A stretch of 64,000 nucleotides of DNA. It comes from an uncultured Rhodobiaceae bacterium. Lineage in GTDB: Bacteria > Pseudomonadota > Alphaproteobacteria > Rhizobiales > TMED25. Shown here one piece after another: positions 61,657 through 64,000 of this stretch (position 1 is the first letter of the stretch; every line of letters begins with the position of its first letter). Where the stretch lies: contig CAJWEW010000002.1 of the NCBI GenBank assembly GCA_913030915.1, positions 5,906-69,905 of the forward strand. Direction: 5' to 3'. The translations under genes were made by a program, and so were the position numbers. The notes below the pieces were generated by a model that was not told the origin of the DNA, made no database searches, and saw nothing but the letters and a program-made list of their open reading frames with translations.

Positions 61657-63774
61657 ATGATATCAAACATAGGGCATAAAACTAAAGGATTTGATTTTTT
61701 ATCTTTTAACCTCTGCTATTTTACATGCATATGGCTGATATTTCTATTTATTTTTGCTTATCAAAACTTTGCCAACGCTAATTCAGCCGTACCTGAACCA
61801 AAGCCTTCAATATTTGACCTTACAGGCGAACGCTTCTTTATTCCAACTGCAAAAAAATCGGATCTTCTCTTTATGGGTTTTAACCTTGAAGAATATGCAA
61901 ATTTCTATGAATACTTTACAACTAATGTAGCGCAAGTTGCTGATGAAGACGAGCGTGATGCAATCAAAAAGCTGCAACTTAGCAGCGAGTCTGAATTATT
62001 AAATAAGATTGCCACCTGGTATCACTTACGCTCGCCTCACACAAATCCGAATGTGACCGAGATGTACAGGTTCATTCAAAATAATCCTCATTGGCCTGAT
62101 CAAAGTATTATTAGAGAAAAAATAGAGGAAAGTTTTTACAAAAAAAACCATGATACGGATTTTATACGCGATTATTTTGATAAATATACCCCAATTAGCG
62201 GAGATGGAACCCTAGCGCTCTCTATCTTAAAATTTCAGCTTGGCGAGTACAAACTTGCAAAAATTCATTATGATGAAGCGTGGCATAGAATGAAATTATC
62301 ACAGAATTCGAAAGATATTTTTACAGAATTTTGTGAAATCTGTATCTCGAAAAAAGATCAAATAATTAGATTTAATAGGATGTTGTACCTAGATGACATC
62401 AAGGAGCTTCAAAATACCGCAAAAGAGATTAGTGATGAATATCTTTTATTAGCAAAAATTGCACAAAAACTTGACGAAAATAAACGTGTCTCGAGCCTAG
62501 ATTTCAATAAAATTGAGCCATACCTTGAGGATAATTCCTCTTTTCATTACCTAAAAATAAAATGGCTTGTAGAAAAAGATTCTACCAAAGATGCCTATGA
62601 GTACTTTAATAAATATAAAAATACCATAAATATCACAAACCCTATACTTTGGGCAGTACAATCGGAGATATTGGGTCGTCGTTTGATTTCACAAAAAAAA
62701 TACCGAGAAGCATATGAAGTGATGACAATCGACCAAAAACAGGAAAATCAAATATTCGCAAATTTGGAGTTTCTCAAAGGGTGGATTGCGCTGCGAGTAT
62801 TTGAGGATAGACCAAGGGCAATTGAACATTTTCAATCTTTTAGCCAGCTTGGTAGTAATAATGAGGATCGATCTTCAGCGCTTTATTGGATAGCAAAGAG
62901 TTACCTGGCAAATGATGAAAAAAATGAAGCTATTGAATATTTAATGAAAGCCTCAAAATTTGAAAATACATTTTATGGTCTTTTGTCAAAAGCTGAAATT
63001 TTGATCGAAAAACCAGAAATTGTTCTTCAAAATACATCTCCTGAGGCAAGTATTTATGAAAATAATATTGATAATGAACAGCTATTAGCAATTGAATTGC
63101 TGTGCGCAGTAAATAAAAAATATTTTGCTGCAAAGTTTATAAATAATTTGTATGAAAAATCAAATGGCAGTGTTGATCCTAGTATTCTGATTGATATTGC
63201 AAATAGCAAGCATCTCCCGCAAACGTCTTTAAGGATAGCTAAAAAAGAAAATTTAGGCAATCAAGCGGTTGAGGACTTATATCCGACGGCGGACTTCCCA
63301 ATCGAAATCTATCCTGATGATAAAGGCTATGAGATAGGAGACTTGCTCCATTCGGTTATCAGGCAGGAAAGCGAATTTTCGTCAGAGGCAATTAGTTTTT
63401 CCGGGGCTGTTGGGTTAATGCAAATTATGCCAAATACTGCAAAGATGCTCTCCCGATTAGAAAAGTTAGATTATAGCGAAGAGCGGTTACTCGGGGACAC
63501 TCATTACAATATACAACTCGGTACGAGATATCTACTTGATCTGCTTGATACATTTGAAGGATCCGACATATATGCGATTAGCTCTTATAATGCTGGGCCA
63601 ACCAGAGTAAAATCATGGATAAGGAAGAATCCGGATTTAGAAATCATTGACTGGATAGAGCTGATCCCTTATCGGGAAACAAGAAATTATGTAAAAAGTG
63701 TTTTGAGAAACAGATATTATTATAAAATTATGTTGTACACTGATAAGAATAATATTAAATTCTCCTTGATCTAA
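61657..63774 (+). CDS. Soluble lytic murein transglycosylase (Slt70-like)
   Basis: Signal peptide, helical-repeat N-terminal region, VIRQESEF catalytic Glu, GAVGLMQIMP, YNAGP, PYRETRNYV; divergent from dapA as in Rhizobiales. Confidence 0.92.
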   Translation: MISNIGHKTKGFDFLSFNLCYFTCIWLIFLFIFAYQNFANANSAVPEPKPSIFDLTGERFFIPTAKKSDLLFMGFNLEEYANFYEYFTTNVAQVADEDERDAIKKLQLSSESELLNKIATWYHLRSPHTNPNVTEMYRFIQNNPHWPDQSIIREKIEESFYKKNHDTDFIRDYFDKYTPISGDGTLALSILKFQLGEYKLAKIHYDEAWHRMKLSQNSKDIFTEFCEICISKKDQIIRFNRMLYLDDIKELQNTAKEISDEYLLLAKIAQKLDENKRVSSLDFNKIEPYLEDNSSFHYLKIKWLVEKDSTKDAYEYFNKYKNTINITNPILWAVQSEILGRRLISQKKYREAYEVMTIDQKQENQIFANLEFLKGWIALRVFEDRPRAIEHFQSFSQLGSNNEDRSSALYWIAKSYLANDEKNEAIEYLMKASKFENTFYGLLSKAEILIEKPEIVLQNTSPEASIYENNIDNEQLLAIELLCAVNKKYFAAKFINNLYEKSNGSVDPSILIDIANSKHLPQTSLRIAKKENLGNQAVEDLYPTADFPIEIYPDDKGYEIGDLLHSVIRQESEFSSEAISFSGAVGLMQIMPNTAKMLSRLEKLDYSEERLLGDTHYNIQLGTRYLLDLLDTFEGSDIYAISSYNAGPTRVKSWIRKNPDLEIIDWIELIPYRETRNYVKSVLRNRYYYKIMLYTDKNNIKFSLI

Positions 63775-63805
63775 CTTGTAGATTTTTTTTTGGGTCTCGC
63801 ATTAT

Positions 63806-63895
63806 GGAGAGGTGGCCGAGTGGCTGAAGGCGCTCCCCTGCTAAGGGAGTATACGAGAGATCGTATCGTGGGTTCGAATCCCACTCTCTCCGCCA
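63806..63895 (+). tRNA. tRNA-Ser(GCU)
   Basis: GGAGAGGTGGCCGAGTGGCTGAAGGCGCTCCCCTGCTAAGGGAG...GGTTCGAATCCCACTCTCTCCGCCA; long variable arm, anticodon GCT. Confidence 0.97.
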
Positions 63896-64000
63896 CTTAT
63901 TTCTATTATTTACCCGTAAAAAATAGGATCGTTCAAGAAACAAGAGAATAGCTTTTATATGACCTCAAATAGCTTGCTTAAAAATAAAAACTTCGTTCTA

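Noticed and set aside
1-64000. CRISPR arrays, IS elements, prophage or defence genes, inteins, rRNA, tmRNA, RNase P or SRP RNA, recoded stops and pseudogenes
   Set aside because: None seen. All long ORFs are intact housekeeping genes, and the remaining gaps are too short and AT-rich.

Overview
Dense, AT-rich (roughly one third G+C by eye) chromosomal segment of an alphaproteobacterium. The gene order is most like Hyphomicrobiales (Rhizobiales) and looks streamlined, with intergenic gaps mostly under 100 bp. Almost all of it is housekeeping: dnaE, rpsB-tsf-pyrH-frr-uppS-cdsA-dxr-rseP-bamA-lpxD-fabZ-lpxA, metC, mrp/DUF971, a BMP-family (purine/nucleoside-type) ABC transporter, tRNA-Glu/Pro/Arg with the complex I accessory subunit gene, aminotransferase-hom-glpX-recJ, rplM-rpsI-argC, metY, ctaA, plsX-fabH-ihfA-merR, bamE, hppA, hemA-glyA-nrdR-ribDEH-nusB-thiL, an L,D-transpeptidase, hemB-mscS, rpoZ-spoT-pyrE-pdxJ-acpS-lepB-rnc-era-recO-parC, dapA-smpB, a lytic transglycosylase and tRNA-Ser. 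I saw no transposase, integrase, prophage, CRISPR array or defence system. The standout is a module missing from the ORF track, upstream of dnaE. A TTGACA promoter carries an alphaproteobacterial LexA box (GAAC-N7-GAAC) in its spacer and drives a 34-codon single-transmembrane ORF (15160..15264, minus strand). Its position, regulation and residue pattern resemble the Caulobacter SOS cell-division inhibitor SidA. A perfect DnaA box follows it, then dnaE. All motif and family calls are by eye; no searches were run.
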